A stretch of DNA of 64,000 nt, from contig OZ245777.1 in the NCBI GenBank assembly GCA_965227775.1, positions 1,792,001-1,856,000 of the forward strand. Reading direction: 5' to 3'. This document shows, piece by piece, positions 19,277 through 28,156 of the stretch. This DNA is from Phycisphaerales bacterium. Its GTDB lineage: Bacteria; Planctomycetota; Phycisphaerae; Phycisphaerales; UBA1924. Under the pieces are notes generated by a model. That model was not told the origin of the DNA, made no database searches, and was given only the letters and a program-made list of their open reading frames with translations. The position numbers were made by a program, and so were the translations under genes. Within the stretch, counting starts at the first letter, position 1; every line of letters begins with the position of its first letter.

Positions 19277-19816
19277 CTAGACCCCATCCCCATACAACGG
19301 ATCGCCCTCGAGCACGCTCGCGGAGTCGCCGGTTGGCTGGGGCGGGGCGTCGAAGACCATCTTGCGGTGGCCGATGCCGGCTTCTTCGAAGGGTTCGCCC
19401 TCGGGTGTCCAGCCGAGCGCCTCGTAGAAGCCGACGGCCCGGTCTTGGGCGTGGCAATAGAGACGGCTGAGGCCGAGCTCGCCGAAAGCGCGGGCCTCGG
19501 CGGCGACGACCAGGCGACGTCCGAGCCCCTCGCCCTGTCGCTGGGGGTCGACGGCCATCTGCATGACCTTGGCCTGGGTCTGGCCGTGATCGCTGGGCTT
19601 CTCGTCGGTGAGGAGAAGCAGGCAGCCCACCACTCTCGGGCCGGTGGGGTGATCCATGACCGCCACGAAGTGCTCGGCGCGGTCGTCGACGCCCGGATAC
19701 TCGGCGGTGAACCTGGCGTGATCGAAGCCGATGGGGTTGAGCAAGACGCTCTCGCGCAGGGCGACCGAGCTCGGGTAGAGCGGGCTCTTGGGCGTGATGC
19801 GTTCGACCCTGATCAC
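19277..19816 (-). CDS. GNAT N-acetyltransferase (ElaA/YjcF-like)
   Basis: Motifs QMAVDPQRQGEGLGR, HAQDRAVGFYEALG and FEEAGIGHRKM. Confidence 0.88.
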   Translation of the reverse strand: MIRVERITPKSPLYPSSVALRESVLLNPIGFDHARFTAEYPGVDDRAEHFVAVMDHPTGPRVVGCLLLLTDEKPSDHGQTQAKVMQMAVDPQRQGEGLGRRLVVAAEARAFGELGLSRLYCHAQDRAVGFYEALGWTPEGEPFEEAGIGHRKMVFDAPPQPTGDSASVLEGDPLYGDGV

Positions 19817-19855
19817 GCAGGCAGGATAGGCCAGATGGTGGGGGCTGGGTGGGGT

Positions 19856-20728
19856 TTACCGCACGCCGCGTCCGCCGGTGATCGAGTGGAACGCCTCGCC
19901 CCACAACCGCTGCTCGACGCTCTGACGCGGCGTCGCGATGCGGGCCGAGCCGTCGAGCATGATGACTGCGGCCGATCCACGCGGGTGCGACCGGCCCATC
20001 GCGTTGATCTCGGTCCGGCCGCGGCTGGTCAGAGCCTCGCCGAATGGGGCGTTGTCGGTGAAGACGTCGCCAATCTCGGGATAGGCGAACGAGGTATCGC
20101 TCGCGCCCGAGGTCGGCTCGCGCTCCGGGCTGCGGCCGGCGGTGGCACCGACGAAGGGCACGATGGGTCGGTGGCTCATGATCGTGGGGCCCTGGGCGAG
20201 AGCCGCGTAGTTGTCGGCGGCCAGCCACTCGGTGACCAGCAGCGTGCGCGCGGGATCGATGGCTTCGCCTCTGCGAACCAAGCGAGACCCTGACTGCGGC
20301 ACGGCTGCAGCGTGGCGAACAAGGCGGTAGTGGCGGTCGGTGCCCGAGTATGTCAGCGGCTCAGGCGGCATGATGGCGCCGTTGACCGTGAATGCGAGCC
20401 GGTCGACCTGTGCGACGTGCTCGCCAGCAGAGGGAGCACCGCCGTCCGGTGCGAGTGGACTCGTGAAGTCTGTTGCGTCGGCATAGCCACCGGCGACTAA
20501 GGCGGCCGAGTAGTGCGTGACCGTGCCGTCTGGCGCGGTGCGGAACGCCGGGGGGTACACGCCTGCGTCGAACGCCATCGATTCGATGCCCGTGGCGACA
20601 GAGCGAGCGCTCAGTAGGGCCGCATGGCTCGCGGAGTTGGTGCGAGCCATGCCGAGCATGGGCATGGCCAGAGCGCCGGCGACGGCGAGCGAGGCGGCAG
20701 CGGCGATCGTGTTCGTGAGGGTTGCCAT
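19856..20728 (-). CDS. Pilin-like / DUF1559-like protein with C-terminal H-X10-DG motif
   Basis: N-terminal helix ending ...PMLGMAR... then D.GVYP, and C-terminal HPRGSAAVIMLDGS. Confidence 0.6.
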   Translation of the reverse strand: MATLTNTIAAAASLAVAGALAMPMLGMARTNSASHAALLSARSVATGIESMAFDAGVYPPAFRTAPDGTVTHYSAALVAGGYADATDFTSPLAPDGGAPSAGEHVAQVDRLAFTVNGAIMPPEPLTYSGTDRHYRLVRHAAAVPQSGSRLVRRGEAIDPARTLLVTEWLAADNYAALAQGPTIMSHRPIVPFVGATAGRSPEREPTSGASDTSFAYPEIGDVFTDNAPFGEALTSRGRTEINAMGRSHPRGSAAVIMLDGSARIATPRQSVEQRLWGEAFHSITGGRGVR

Positions 20729-20862
20729 GGGGCTCCTTGCGGCGGGACGCGTGCGAGAACGGGCGGGGTCTCGCGGGTACGGTACGCGAGCGGGCCGGGC
20801 GGGCTCACCCCCGCCGCTCGTGGTGTTCGGCTAGACGCTCCTCGAATCACGGTGACAATCGC

Positions 20863-21270
20863 ATGCCTGAAACCCCCGAAGATCGCATCGCAGCCCTGGA
20901 AGCCCGCGTTCAGTCGCTCACCGAGCAACTCAGCGAGGGCGTCGCAACGCGCACGCTGCGCCTCGTCGACGAGACCGGGGCCGAGCGTGCCATGCTGACG
21001 GCCGACCGCGACGGCCCCACGTTCATCTTCCACGATCGCGCCGGCACCATCCGCATGAAGCTCTCGCTCGCCGACTCGGGCCCGGGCATGACGCTGGCCG
21101 ACGACAAGGGTCACACCCGCGCGTGGCTTGGTTTCACCAAGGAAGCCCTGCGCATCGGGTTTGCCGACGACAATGGCAACAGCCGTGCGTTCTTCGGCGT
21201 GATGCGCTCCGGGCAGCCGGTCGCGAAGTTTTACGACGAGGCGGGCAACGTGGTGTGGAGTGCGGAGTAG
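20863..21270 (+). CDS. Small repeat protein: coiled coil plus five ~22-aa beta-repeats
   Basis: Repeat units LVDETGAERAML, FHDRAGTIRMKL, LADDKGHTRAWL, FADDNGNSRAFF and FYDEAGNVVW. Confidence 0.75.
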   Translation: MPETPEDRIAALEARVQSLTEQLSEGVATRTLRLVDETGAERAMLTADRDGPTFIFHDRAGTIRMKLSLADSGPGMTLADDKGHTRAWLGFTKEALRIGFADDNGNSRAFFGVMRSGQPVAKFYDEAGNVVWSAE

Positions 21271-21276
21271 CGGCTC

Positions 21277-22053
21277 GTGATCGCGCCCAGCTGGACACCG
21301 CCGTTCGAGACAACTCTTGAAGAAGTCCGAGCCCGGCTTGCCAAGGCTGGGACGTACCACGTTCGCCATGAGACCTGTGCTGCCGATTGGTTCGGGTACG
21401 ATCGAGATCTCGACGCGGCGATCTGTGCGTTTCTCAACGAGGGTGATTGGGAACCAATCGAGCGTCAAGATGACGAGTCGATCCAGCTCGTGTCGAACCA
21501 CTGGCATACCCGAGGGCCGCGCCCGCCCGCCACCTTGCACTTCGCGTGCCTCTTTCTGCTTCTCCTCGGGACTCGGTACCAGAATCGTGGCAGAATCCTC
21601 GCGCTGCCCGGGCGTGTCGCTAGGTCCGTCCGCGCTGCCAATGAGCTGGGGCCAGAAGAGCTTGCATGCGCATGCCACGTGCTGGTTTGGTGCGGCGTCG
21701 CCGACATTCACGGCTTCTACGGTGTTCCGCGCAGCATGTACGCGTTTGCGGTGCTGTCGGCGCTCGCGTTGCTCTTGCCGCATGGCAAGCGACGAACGCG
21801 TCGAGTGTTGCCGTCGCTGGAGATAGGTTCGGAGTTGATCGAATCCCAAGCAAGACAGATCGAGGAACTGCTGCCCCGGGACGCGACTTTTTGGCTTGAG
21901 AGGAGTGACGCGCATCTCGTCCAGCTCGACGATGAGCAGCGTCAGGACCACGAGTGGCACGAACTCGCATCGCTCGTGCTGGCAGTCGCCGAGGATGATC
22001 TGCCTGTCACGAAGCGACTCGCCAGCGCCGTCGCGGCGTCGGTGGAGCAGTGA
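21277..22053 (+). CDS. Hypothetical protein
   Basis: 258-aa ORF filling the gap between neighbouring genes; no family recognised. Confidence 0.5.
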   Translation: MIAPSWTPPFETTLEEVRARLAKAGTYHVRHETCAADWFGYDRDLDAAICAFLNEGDWEPIERQDDESIQLVSNHWHTRGPRPPATLHFACLFLLLLGTRYQNRGRILALPGRVARSVRAANELGPEELACACHVLVWCGVADIHGFYGVPRSMYAFAVLSALALLLPHGKRRTRRVLPSLEIGSELIESQARQIEELLPRDATFWLERSDAHLVQLDDEQRQDHEWHELASLVLAVAEDDLPVTKRLASAVAASVEQ

Positions 22054-22062
22054 GGTAACGCG

Positions 22063-23016
22063 TTATCGTGGCGCCCGATGCATCGGCTCGCGCCCCTCGA
22101 GCACCGCCACCACGTCCTGCACGACCCAGCTCATGTTCAGCCTCGCCGGGGCTGTGGCAGCTGCGATGTGCGGGGCAAGGTGCGCGTTGGGAACGCCGAG
22201 CAACGGGTAGCCCGCGTCCAGCGGTTCGTGCGGGTCGTGCACGTCGAGCAGCGCCCGCGCCTTCGGGTTCGCGGCCAGCCAGTTGGCCAGCGCTCGCGGA
22301 TCGATCGCGAGTCCTCGGCTGGTATTGACCACGATGCAGTCCGCACGCAGCCTGCGCAAGAAATTGGCACCCACAAAGTGGTGGTTGCCCTCGCGCCAGT
22401 CGATGTGCACCGTCAGCACCTGTGAGGTTGCTTGCAGCTCTTCGAGTGACACTGGCTCGCACCCGTGCCGTACATCGGTCGGGATCTCGACGACGTCGTG
22501 GTACCGAACGCGGCAGCCCAACGCGCCGAGAACTTTGCCTACCCGGCTTCCGATACGCCCGAAGCCCAGAACGCCCACGTCCAGGTCAGCCAGGTGGCAC
22601 TCGCCCTGCAACTCGTTGCGAGCGTCGTGCCAGGCAGTGCCCTCCAGCGGGCCATCCAGGAACACGCGCGGCCGTAGCGCGTCGAGCAGCAGGCACAGCA
22701 CGAACTCGACCACCGCCTGGGTGTTGGCGGCCGGCGTGTGGACGACCTCGATTCCGCGGGCACGGCAGCCCGGGATGTCGATATTCTCGAGCGCGACACC
22801 GGCCCGGCCCACGACCTTCAGACTTGTAGCCCGTTCAAGCAGAGCCTCGTTTACGCGTGTGTACGTTCGAACGACGAGCCCCTGGGCGATAGGCAGCAGG
22901 TCGGCAAATTCCGCGCTCTCGTGCGAGCACACGCGCAGGTCGGCACGCTCTCTGAGCCACGCCTGCGCGACGGGGTCGAGCGACTCGGTCTGGATGACGA
23001 GGGGGCGATCTTTCAT
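22063..23016 (-). CDS. D-isomer-specific 2-hydroxyacid dehydrogenase (SerA-like, no ACT domain)
   Basis: Motifs VGRAGVALENID, GFGRIG, NTSRG, LDV and PHIAAAT. Confidence 0.88.
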   Translation of the reverse strand: MKDRPLVIQTESLDPVAQAWLRERADLRVCSHESAEFADLLPIAQGLVVRTYTRVNEALLERATSLKVVGRAGVALENIDIPGCRARGIEVVHTPAANTQAVVEFVLCLLLDALRPRVFLDGPLEGTAWHDARNELQGECHLADLDVGVLGFGRIGSRVGKVLGALGCRVRYHDVVEIPTDVRHGCEPVSLEELQATSQVLTVHIDWREGNHHFVGANFLRRLRADCIVVNTSRGLAIDPRALANWLAANPKARALLDVHDPHEPLDAGYPLLGVPNAHLAPHIAAATAPARLNMSWVVQDVVAVLEGREPMHRAPR

Positions 23017-23218
23017 GGCAATTCGATCCTATCTCGTTGGATTCTCTCCTTAGGTTGCAACCGGAGGTATCGAGACGAATATGAAGATCGGGGGGAAACC
23101 TGAGAACATTTTCACCTCACGGACCCCGGGCACCGATATCCGATGCCAGTACAGAGTCGAATTGGGAGAGCGATGACCTGTGTGTTCCCCGGGCAGCGCC
23201 GAAGCGGAGCCTGCGAGC

Positions 23219-23608
23219 ATGAATAAGAGCCATCTCGTCGATCACGTCGCCTCAAGCTTGGGCGTCACGCGCAGTGACGCCACCGTGTACGTGGAATGCG
23301 TGCTCGAGGGCGTTACGAAGGGTCTGATCGAGGATGGACGAGTGAAAATTACCGGCTTTGGCGCCTTTTCGCGACGCCACCGGGAGCCCCGTCGGGGCAC
23401 GAATCCGCTCACTGGCGAGCCAATCCGCATCCCAGCAAGCGTTACGTGCGGCTTCAAGGCGTCGCCGGCGTTGCGGGATCGTCTGCAGCCCGAGGGCTCG
23501 GCGAGCGGATCGACGGGCGATGACGGACGCAACCAAAGGGCGGGTGCGGCGGCCGTCGGCCAGATCGAGCACAAGCAGGCCACGGGTGTCCGCACGCCGG
23601 GCCGATAG
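23219..23608 (+). CDS. HU/IHF family DNA-binding protein with a C-terminal extension
   Basis: Motifs MNKSHL, ITGFGAF, GTNPLTGEPIRIPA and FKASPALRD. Confidence 0.9.
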   Translation: MNKSHLVDHVASSLGVTRSDATVYVECVLEGVTKGLIEDGRVKITGFGAFSRRHREPRRGTNPLTGEPIRIPASVTCGFKASPALRDRLQPEGSASGSTGDDGRNQRAGAAAVGQIEHKQATGVRTPGR

Positions 23609-23614
23609 CGACAG

Positions 23615-24169
23615 CTAACTCGAACCCGATCTCGAGAGCAGCACCAAGGCGTGCGCTTCGATGGCCTTGCCCTCGCCCACCGGGCCAACATGCTCGCCCG
23701 TTTTACCTTTCAGGTTCACCCGCTGGGATGGCAGGCCGAGGAGCCGAGCCAGACGATCGCGGATCTCGGCCTTGTGCGGCCCTAGCTTGGGCATCTGTAG
23801 CAAGACCGTGAGGTCGACGTTCGCGATCTCCCATCCGCCCCCGCGAACGAGGCGAACCGCCTCGGCGAGGAAATCCGATGAGTCGCGGCTCTCGTTGGCC
23901 GGGTCGTCATTGGGGAACAACTGGCCGATGTCGGGCAAGCCCGCCGCCCCGAGCAACGCGTCGGTGAGCGCGTGCAGGAGCGCGTCGCCGTCCGAGTGGG
24001 CGACCGGGCCCCGCGCCTGGCCGCTCTGCCACGGGATGGACACGCCGCCGACGATCAGCGGCTTGCCATCTCCGGAGGGAGCCACTGGTTCCAGGCGGTG
24101 CAGGTCGTAGCCGTGGCCGATGCGGAAGTGCGGGTCGTCGGATGCAAAGCCGGGTATTGTTTGGGTCAT
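23615..24169 (-). CDS. ispF: 2-C-methyl-D-erythritol 2,4-cyclodiphosphate synthase
   Basis: Motifs RIGHGYDLH, HSDGDALLHA.TDALLGA, DIGQLFP and KGKTGE. Confidence 0.95.
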   Translation of the reverse strand: MTQTIPGFASDDPHFRIGHGYDLHRLEPVAPSGDGKPLIVGGVSIPWQSGQARGPVAHSDGDALLHALTDALLGAAGLPDIGQLFPNDDPANESRDSSDFLAEAVRLVRGGGWEIANVDLTVLLQMPKLGPHKAEIRDRLARLLGLPSQRVNLKGKTGEHVGPVGEGKAIEAHALVLLSRSGSS

Positions 24170-24348
24170 GAGGGGGCCTTGGTGATTCCTGGCCCGTTGG
24201 TGTGAGGACGGCGGGCTGTCCTGACGATAGTGAAGAGATACGGTTGGGGGCCAGTGGGGCCCCTCGAACCCATTGCGATGCCCGTCGTACCTCGATCGGG
24301 TCGCGGATCAGGATTCGTGCACCCCGGCCCTTCCTAGCGGAGCCTTCG

Positions 24349-24828
24349 ATGAAGACCAGCCCCAGTCGCTCGCGTGTTGCCCTCGTTGCCGCCCTCTCGC
24401 TTGCCAGCAGCGCCGTGCTGCTCGGCGGCTGCTTCGGCAACTCCAAGGACAGGCACCCGTACGTCAGCAGGACGTACAGCCCCAAGACCCTGGTGCTCGT
24501 CGACACGCGCACGGGCGAGGAACTCTGGCGCTACGAGCTTGGCGTGGGCAACTCGATGAAGGTCAGCTTCCACGAGGGCGACAAGGAAAACGTTGTGATG
24601 CCCGACGAGATGCGGTGGGAGGTCAAATCGGGCCAGACCGACAAGATCATCGAGCAGGGCGAGATGCCTTGCCCGCCCGAGGGCGTTCGCCGCGTCGACT
24701 GGTTCGAGCGCCCCATACCCGAGTATCCCAAGCCCGAAGTGCCGCAGGGCGAGCCGCAGGCCGCCCCGGAGGAAGCTCCTGAGGAAGCGCCCGGAGAAGA
24801 GCCCGTCGAAGGCGACACCGAGGGTTGA
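24349..24828 (+). CDS. Hypothetical lipoprotein with acidic Pro-rich tail
   Basis: Lipobox LGGC and C-terminal APEE repeats. Confidence 0.7.
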   Translation: MKTSPSRSRVALVAALSLASSAVLLGGCFGNSKDRHPYVSRTYSPKTLVLVDTRTGEELWRYELGVGNSMKVSFHEGDKENVVMPDEMRWEVKSGQTDKIIEQGEMPCPPEGVRRVDWFERPIPEYPKPEVPQGEPQAAPEEAPEEAPGEEPVEGDTEG

Positions 24829-24837
24829 GTTCGATCG

Positions 24838-24861
24838 AGCCCGGGCCTTGCCCGGGTTTTT
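24838..24861 (+). terminator. Intrinsic terminator between the convergent lipoprotein gene and thrS
   Basis: CCCGGGC-ctt-GCCCGGG followed by TTTTT. Confidence 0.7.
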
Positions 24862-26963
24862 CATGCGCCGACCGGTTCCGTGAATCGGTCACGCACGGAG
24901 CTTTGTCCCTTGCTGTCGCGCTCGTCGACGAGGGCGGCGACGAAGTCGCGGACGGGGAGCCCTCCCAGGTCCTTCTGGATGCCGCGGGCGCGGATGGAGA
25001 CGTTGCCTGCCTCTGCGTCTCGTGGACCGACGACCGCGAGGTAGGGGATGCGCATCTCGGCGGCGTTCTTGATCTTCGCCTGGATGCGGCCGTCCGAGTC
25101 GTCGACGGTGGCGCGCAGGCCCTCGGCCTTGAGCGCCTCCAAGACCTGTTGGGCGTAGTCGCTGCTCTTCTCGCTGATCGGTAGCACGCGCACCTGCTCG
25201 GGGCTGAGCCAGAGGGGGAAGGCACCGCCGAAGTGCTCGATGAGCACGCCGATGAAGCGCTCCATCGAACCGAACGGTGCGCGGTGGATCATAACCGGGC
25301 GGTGGGGCTGGTTGTCCGGGCCGATGTAGGTCAGGTCGAATCGCTCGGGTAGGTTGTAGTCGACCTGCACGGTGCCCAGCTGCCACTCACGGCCGATGAC
25401 GTCACGCACGACAAAGTCGATCTTCGGCCCGTAGAACGCGGCCTCGCCCGGCTCTTCGGTGAACGGCACGCCGAGTGACTTCGCGGCCTGGCGGCACGCC
25501 TCCTCGGCCTTGTCCCAGTTCGACGAATCGCCCGTGTACTTGCCGCTATCGGGGTCGCGCAGGCCGACGCGCACGCGGTAGTCGTGCATGTCGAGCGCGC
25601 CGAAGATGATCTTGACCAGCTCGAGGCAGCCCTGGACCTCCTCGCCCACCTGGTCCGGCGTGCAGAACAGGTGCGCATCGTCCTGGGTGAAGCCGCGCAC
25701 GCGGGTCATGCCGTTGAGCTCGCCCGACTGCTCCCAGCGGTACACAGTGCCGAACTCTGCGAGTCGAAGCGGCAGGTCGCGGTAGCTGTGCGGCTGGCTG
25801 TCGTAGATCTTAATGTGGTGCGGGCAGTTCATGGGCTTGAGCATGAAGCCCTCGATCTGGCCGACCTTGAGGTTGTTGCTCAGCTGCGCGCAGGTGCAGC
25901 CCTCCTCGCTGAGCTGGTGCATGTGCTCGCGATCGACGAGCGGCGGGAACTGGCTGTCGGCGTAGTACGGGAAGTGCCCGCTGGTGCGATACAGGTCGAG
26001 CTTGCCGATGTGGGGGGTGAAGACCTCGTGGTAGCCCTGGCGGGTCAGCTCGGTGCCGATGAACTGCTGGAGCTCGTGGCGGATGGTCGCGCCCGCGGGG
26101 GTCCACAGCACGAGGCCCTGCCCAACAGTCTCGTCGATATGGAAAAGGCCCAGTTTCTTGCCCAGCACGCGGTGGTCGCGTGCCTTGGCCTGCTCGATGC
26201 GGTCGAGGTGCTCTTCGAGTTCTCTTTTCGAGAAGAACGAGGTCCCGTACACGCGGGTGAGACGGTCGCTGTTCTCGTCGCCGTGCCAGTAGCTCGACGC
26301 GAGGGACATGACCTTGAACGCACCGATGCGGCCGGTGCTTGGCACGTGCGGGCCGCGGCAGAGGTCTTCCCAGTTCTTGCCCGGCTCGCCTGTGGCGTAG
26401 AAGGACAGCTCGAGTGAGCCGGCCTCGTGGGCTCGGTGCGCGTTGTCGAGCTTGTACTTGCTGCCTTCCTTCTTGAGCTTCTCGAGCCCCTCGCTGTACT
26501 CCAGCTCGTAGCGGGTGAATGGACGGTCTTCCTTCACGATCTTGGCCATCTCGGCCTCGATGGCCTCGAAGTCGCCCTCGCGGAGGGGGCGGTCCTCGGG
26601 AAAGGCGATGTCGTAGTAGAAGCCAGTCTCGAGCGGCGGCCCGTACACGAGCATCGCGCCCGGCACCACACGCTGGATGGCCTCGGCCATTACGTGGGCG
26701 GTGGAGTGGCGCAACATGTACATCGCGCCCTCGTCGGGCTTGCCATCGCGGGTCTTCTCGGTGAGGATCGCGAGCGACGCGTCGGCCTGGATAGCCACGT
26801 TCAGATCGGCCAACTCGCCGTCCACCTTGGCCCCAACGGCGGCCTTGGCCAGCCGAGCGCCGATGTCCTGGGCGACGGTCAGCGGGGTCACGGGCCCGTC
26901 GTAGTGCTTCTGGGAGCCGTCGGGGAGGGTGATGGTGACGTGCTTGCCGTTGGGCTGGCTCAT
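24861..26963 (-). CDS. thrS: Threonine--tRNA ligase
   Basis: TGS domain, RHSTAHVMAEA, DLCRGPH, KPMNCPHH, RVRGFTQDDAH and IHRAPFGS.ERF. Confidence 0.97.
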   Translation of the reverse strand: MSQPNGKHVTITLPDGSQKHYDGPVTPLTVAQDIGARLAKAAVGAKVDGELADLNVAIQADASLAILTEKTRDGKPDEGAMYMLRHSTAHVMAEAIQRVVPGAMLVYGPPLETGFYYDIAFPEDRPLREGDFEAIEAEMAKIVKEDRPFTRYELEYSEGLEKLKKEGSKYKLDNAHRAHEAGSLELSFYATGEPGKNWEDLCRGPHVPSTGRIGAFKVMSLASSYWHGDENSDRLTRVYGTSFFSKRELEEHLDRIEQAKARDHRVLGKKLGLFHIDETVGQGLVLWTPAGATIRHELQQFIGTELTRQGYHEVFTPHIGKLDLYRTSGHFPYYADSQFPPLVDREHMHQLSEEGCTCAQLSNNLKVGQIEGFMLKPMNCPHHIKIYDSQPHSYRDLPLRLAEFGTVYRWEQSGELNGMTRVRGFTQDDAHLFCTPDQVGEEVQGCLELVKIIFGALDMHDYRVRVGLRDPDSGKYTGDSSNWDKAEEACRQAAKSLGVPFTEEPGEAAFYGPKIDFVVRDVIGREWQLGTVQVDYNLPERFDLTYIGPDNQPHRPVMIHRAPFGSMERFIGVLIEHFGGAFPLWLSPEQVRVLPISEKSSDYAQQVLEALKAEGLRATVDDSDGRIQAKIKNAAEMRIPYLAVVGPRDAEAGNVSIRARGIQKDLGGLPVRDFVAALVDERDSKGQSSVRDRFTEPVGA

Positions 26964-27019
26964 GGCTGGGCTTCCGTGGGTCTGGGATCGTGTCTCTGGG
27001 TCGAAGGATAGCGGGGGCC

Positions 27020-27049
27020 AAACAAAAACCCGGCCTTGCGGCCGGGCTT
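27020..27049 (-). terminator. Attenuator terminator hairpin upstream of thrS
   Basis: Minus strand reads AAGCCCGGCC-GCAA-GGCCGGGTTT-TTGTTT: GC stem, GNRA loop and U-tract. Confidence 0.85.
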
Positions 27050-27075
27050 GGGAATCGTGTGAGGGCACGCCGAGA

Positions 27076-27135
27076 CTAGCCGCAGGGGCGGGTTTCAGTA
27101 GTCGTGGTGGTGGTCGTCGTCTGCGCGCGGGCCAT
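27076..27135 (-). CDS. Thr-rich attenuator leader peptide MARAQTTTTTTTTETRPCG
   Basis: ATG GCC CGC GCG CAG ACG ACG ACC ACC ACC ACG ACT ACT GAA ACC CGC CCC TGC GGC TAG. Nine of 19 codons are Thr. Sits directly upstream of the terminator and thrS. Confidence 0.85.
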   Translation of the reverse strand: MARAQTTTTTTTTETRPCG

Positions 27136-27141
27136 CGTGGG

Positions 27142-27147
27142 AGTGTA
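27142..27147 (-). promoter_or_regulatory. -10 element (TACACT) of the thr leader-thrS transcript; leaderless geometry
   Basis: TACACT lies 6 nt upstream of the leader ATG, with no Shine-Dalgarno. Confidence 0.6.
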
Positions 27148-27169
27148 TCGGCTCGGGCGTGCGATTGCT

Positions 27170-28096
27170 TCACTCGAGATGGGCCATACCCACATCTTCG
27201 CAGATGATCTCGCGTGGCGCCCAAACGACTCTGAGCCGTTCGAGAGGCTGGCCTACGGGCTCGGCGGCGTCATGGAAGGTCGAGTGGTGGATCGGCATGA
27301 GGCGACGCGCACCCATCCGTTCGGCCATGCCTGCGGCTTGCTCGGGCGTCGCGTGCACTCGGTCCCAGGGTTCGTAGCTATTGCCGATGCCGAGGATGGC
27401 GGTGTCGATGTCGGCCAGTGCGTCGAATGCGTCGGTATCGGCGGTGTCGCCGGCGAAGACGAGCCTTCGTTGATCGTCTTCGATCACGTATGCGTTGTAG
27501 CCGCGGTGGCGATCGATGAGCCACCGCGCTCCCCAGTGCTTGCAGCGCCAGGCGGTGACGCCAAACCCGTTCAGATCCTCGCTCTCATCCCATCGCAGCT
27601 CGATTACGTTCTTGAATCCGCGGCCGCGATCGGGCAGGAGCTTTCGGGTGTGCTTGGGCACGACGACGGTCGTGTCGGCACTGACGAGTCTTTCGAGGGT
27701 CGGCTTGTGCCAGTGGTCCATATGCGCGTGCGTGAGCAGCAGCACGTCGATCGTGGGCAGGTCGTCCACACTCGCGGGCAGCGCGATCGATCGGCGGCGG
27801 CCCGTGGGCTTGCCCCGCAGCCCCACGCCGGCGTGTTCGGCAAAGTGCGGGTCTGTGAGCACCGTCTGCCCGCCGACTCGGAGCATGCTCGTCGCCTGGC
27901 CGAACCAGAACGCCCCGAACGAGGCCGCGGCCCACGCGTCGCGATCTGGCAGGCTGCCGGCGGGGGCCAACGGCTCGTCGAGCGTGCCCAGGCCGGTGCG
28001 CTCGCGCACGCGTTCGGTCACGATGGGCGTCCACTGGCGGGCCAGGGCCCGGGCCGAGCGCCAGAATCCGCGACTGGGCGTGCCTTCGGCGGACAT
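27170..28096 (-). CDS. MBL-fold metallo-hydrolase (RomA/NAPE-PLD-like)
   Basis: Motifs TDP.F, THAHMDHW, FAGDT, HATPEQA and PIHHSTF. Confidence 0.85.
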   Translation of the reverse strand: MSAEGTPSRGFWRSARALARQWTPIVTERVRERTGLGTLDEPLAPAGSLPDRDAWAAASFGAFWFGQATSMLRVGGQTVLTDPHFAEHAGVGLRGKPTGRRRSIALPASVDDLPTIDVLLLTHAHMDHWHKPTLERLVSADTTVVVPKHTRKLLPDRGRGFKNVIELRWDESEDLNGFGVTAWRCKHWGARWLIDRHRGYNAYVIEDDQRRLVFAGDTADTDAFDALADIDTAILGIGNSYEPWDRVHATPEQAAGMAERMGARRLMPIHHSTFHDAAEPVGQPLERLRVVWAPREIICEDVGMAHLE

Positions 28097-28150
28097 CACA
28101 CAAGCCTAACGCCCGAGACTGGGGGATTCATCCGATCCCGGCGGTTCGCG

Positions 28151-28156
28151 TATAAT
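28151..28156 (+). promoter_or_regulatory. Candidate sigma70 -10 box (TATAAT) upstream of hppD
   Basis: Perfect TATAAT in a GC-rich intergenic region, about 115 nt before the hppD ATG. Confidence 0.5.

Noticed and set aside
26964..27224. 87-aa N-terminal extension of ThrS in the ORF track, and a possible T-box riboswitch
   Set aside because: The extension runs through a terminator and the Thr leader, and the TGS domain begins after ATG 26963. I saw no T-box consensus or specifier-loop architecture; the leader-peptide model fits better.
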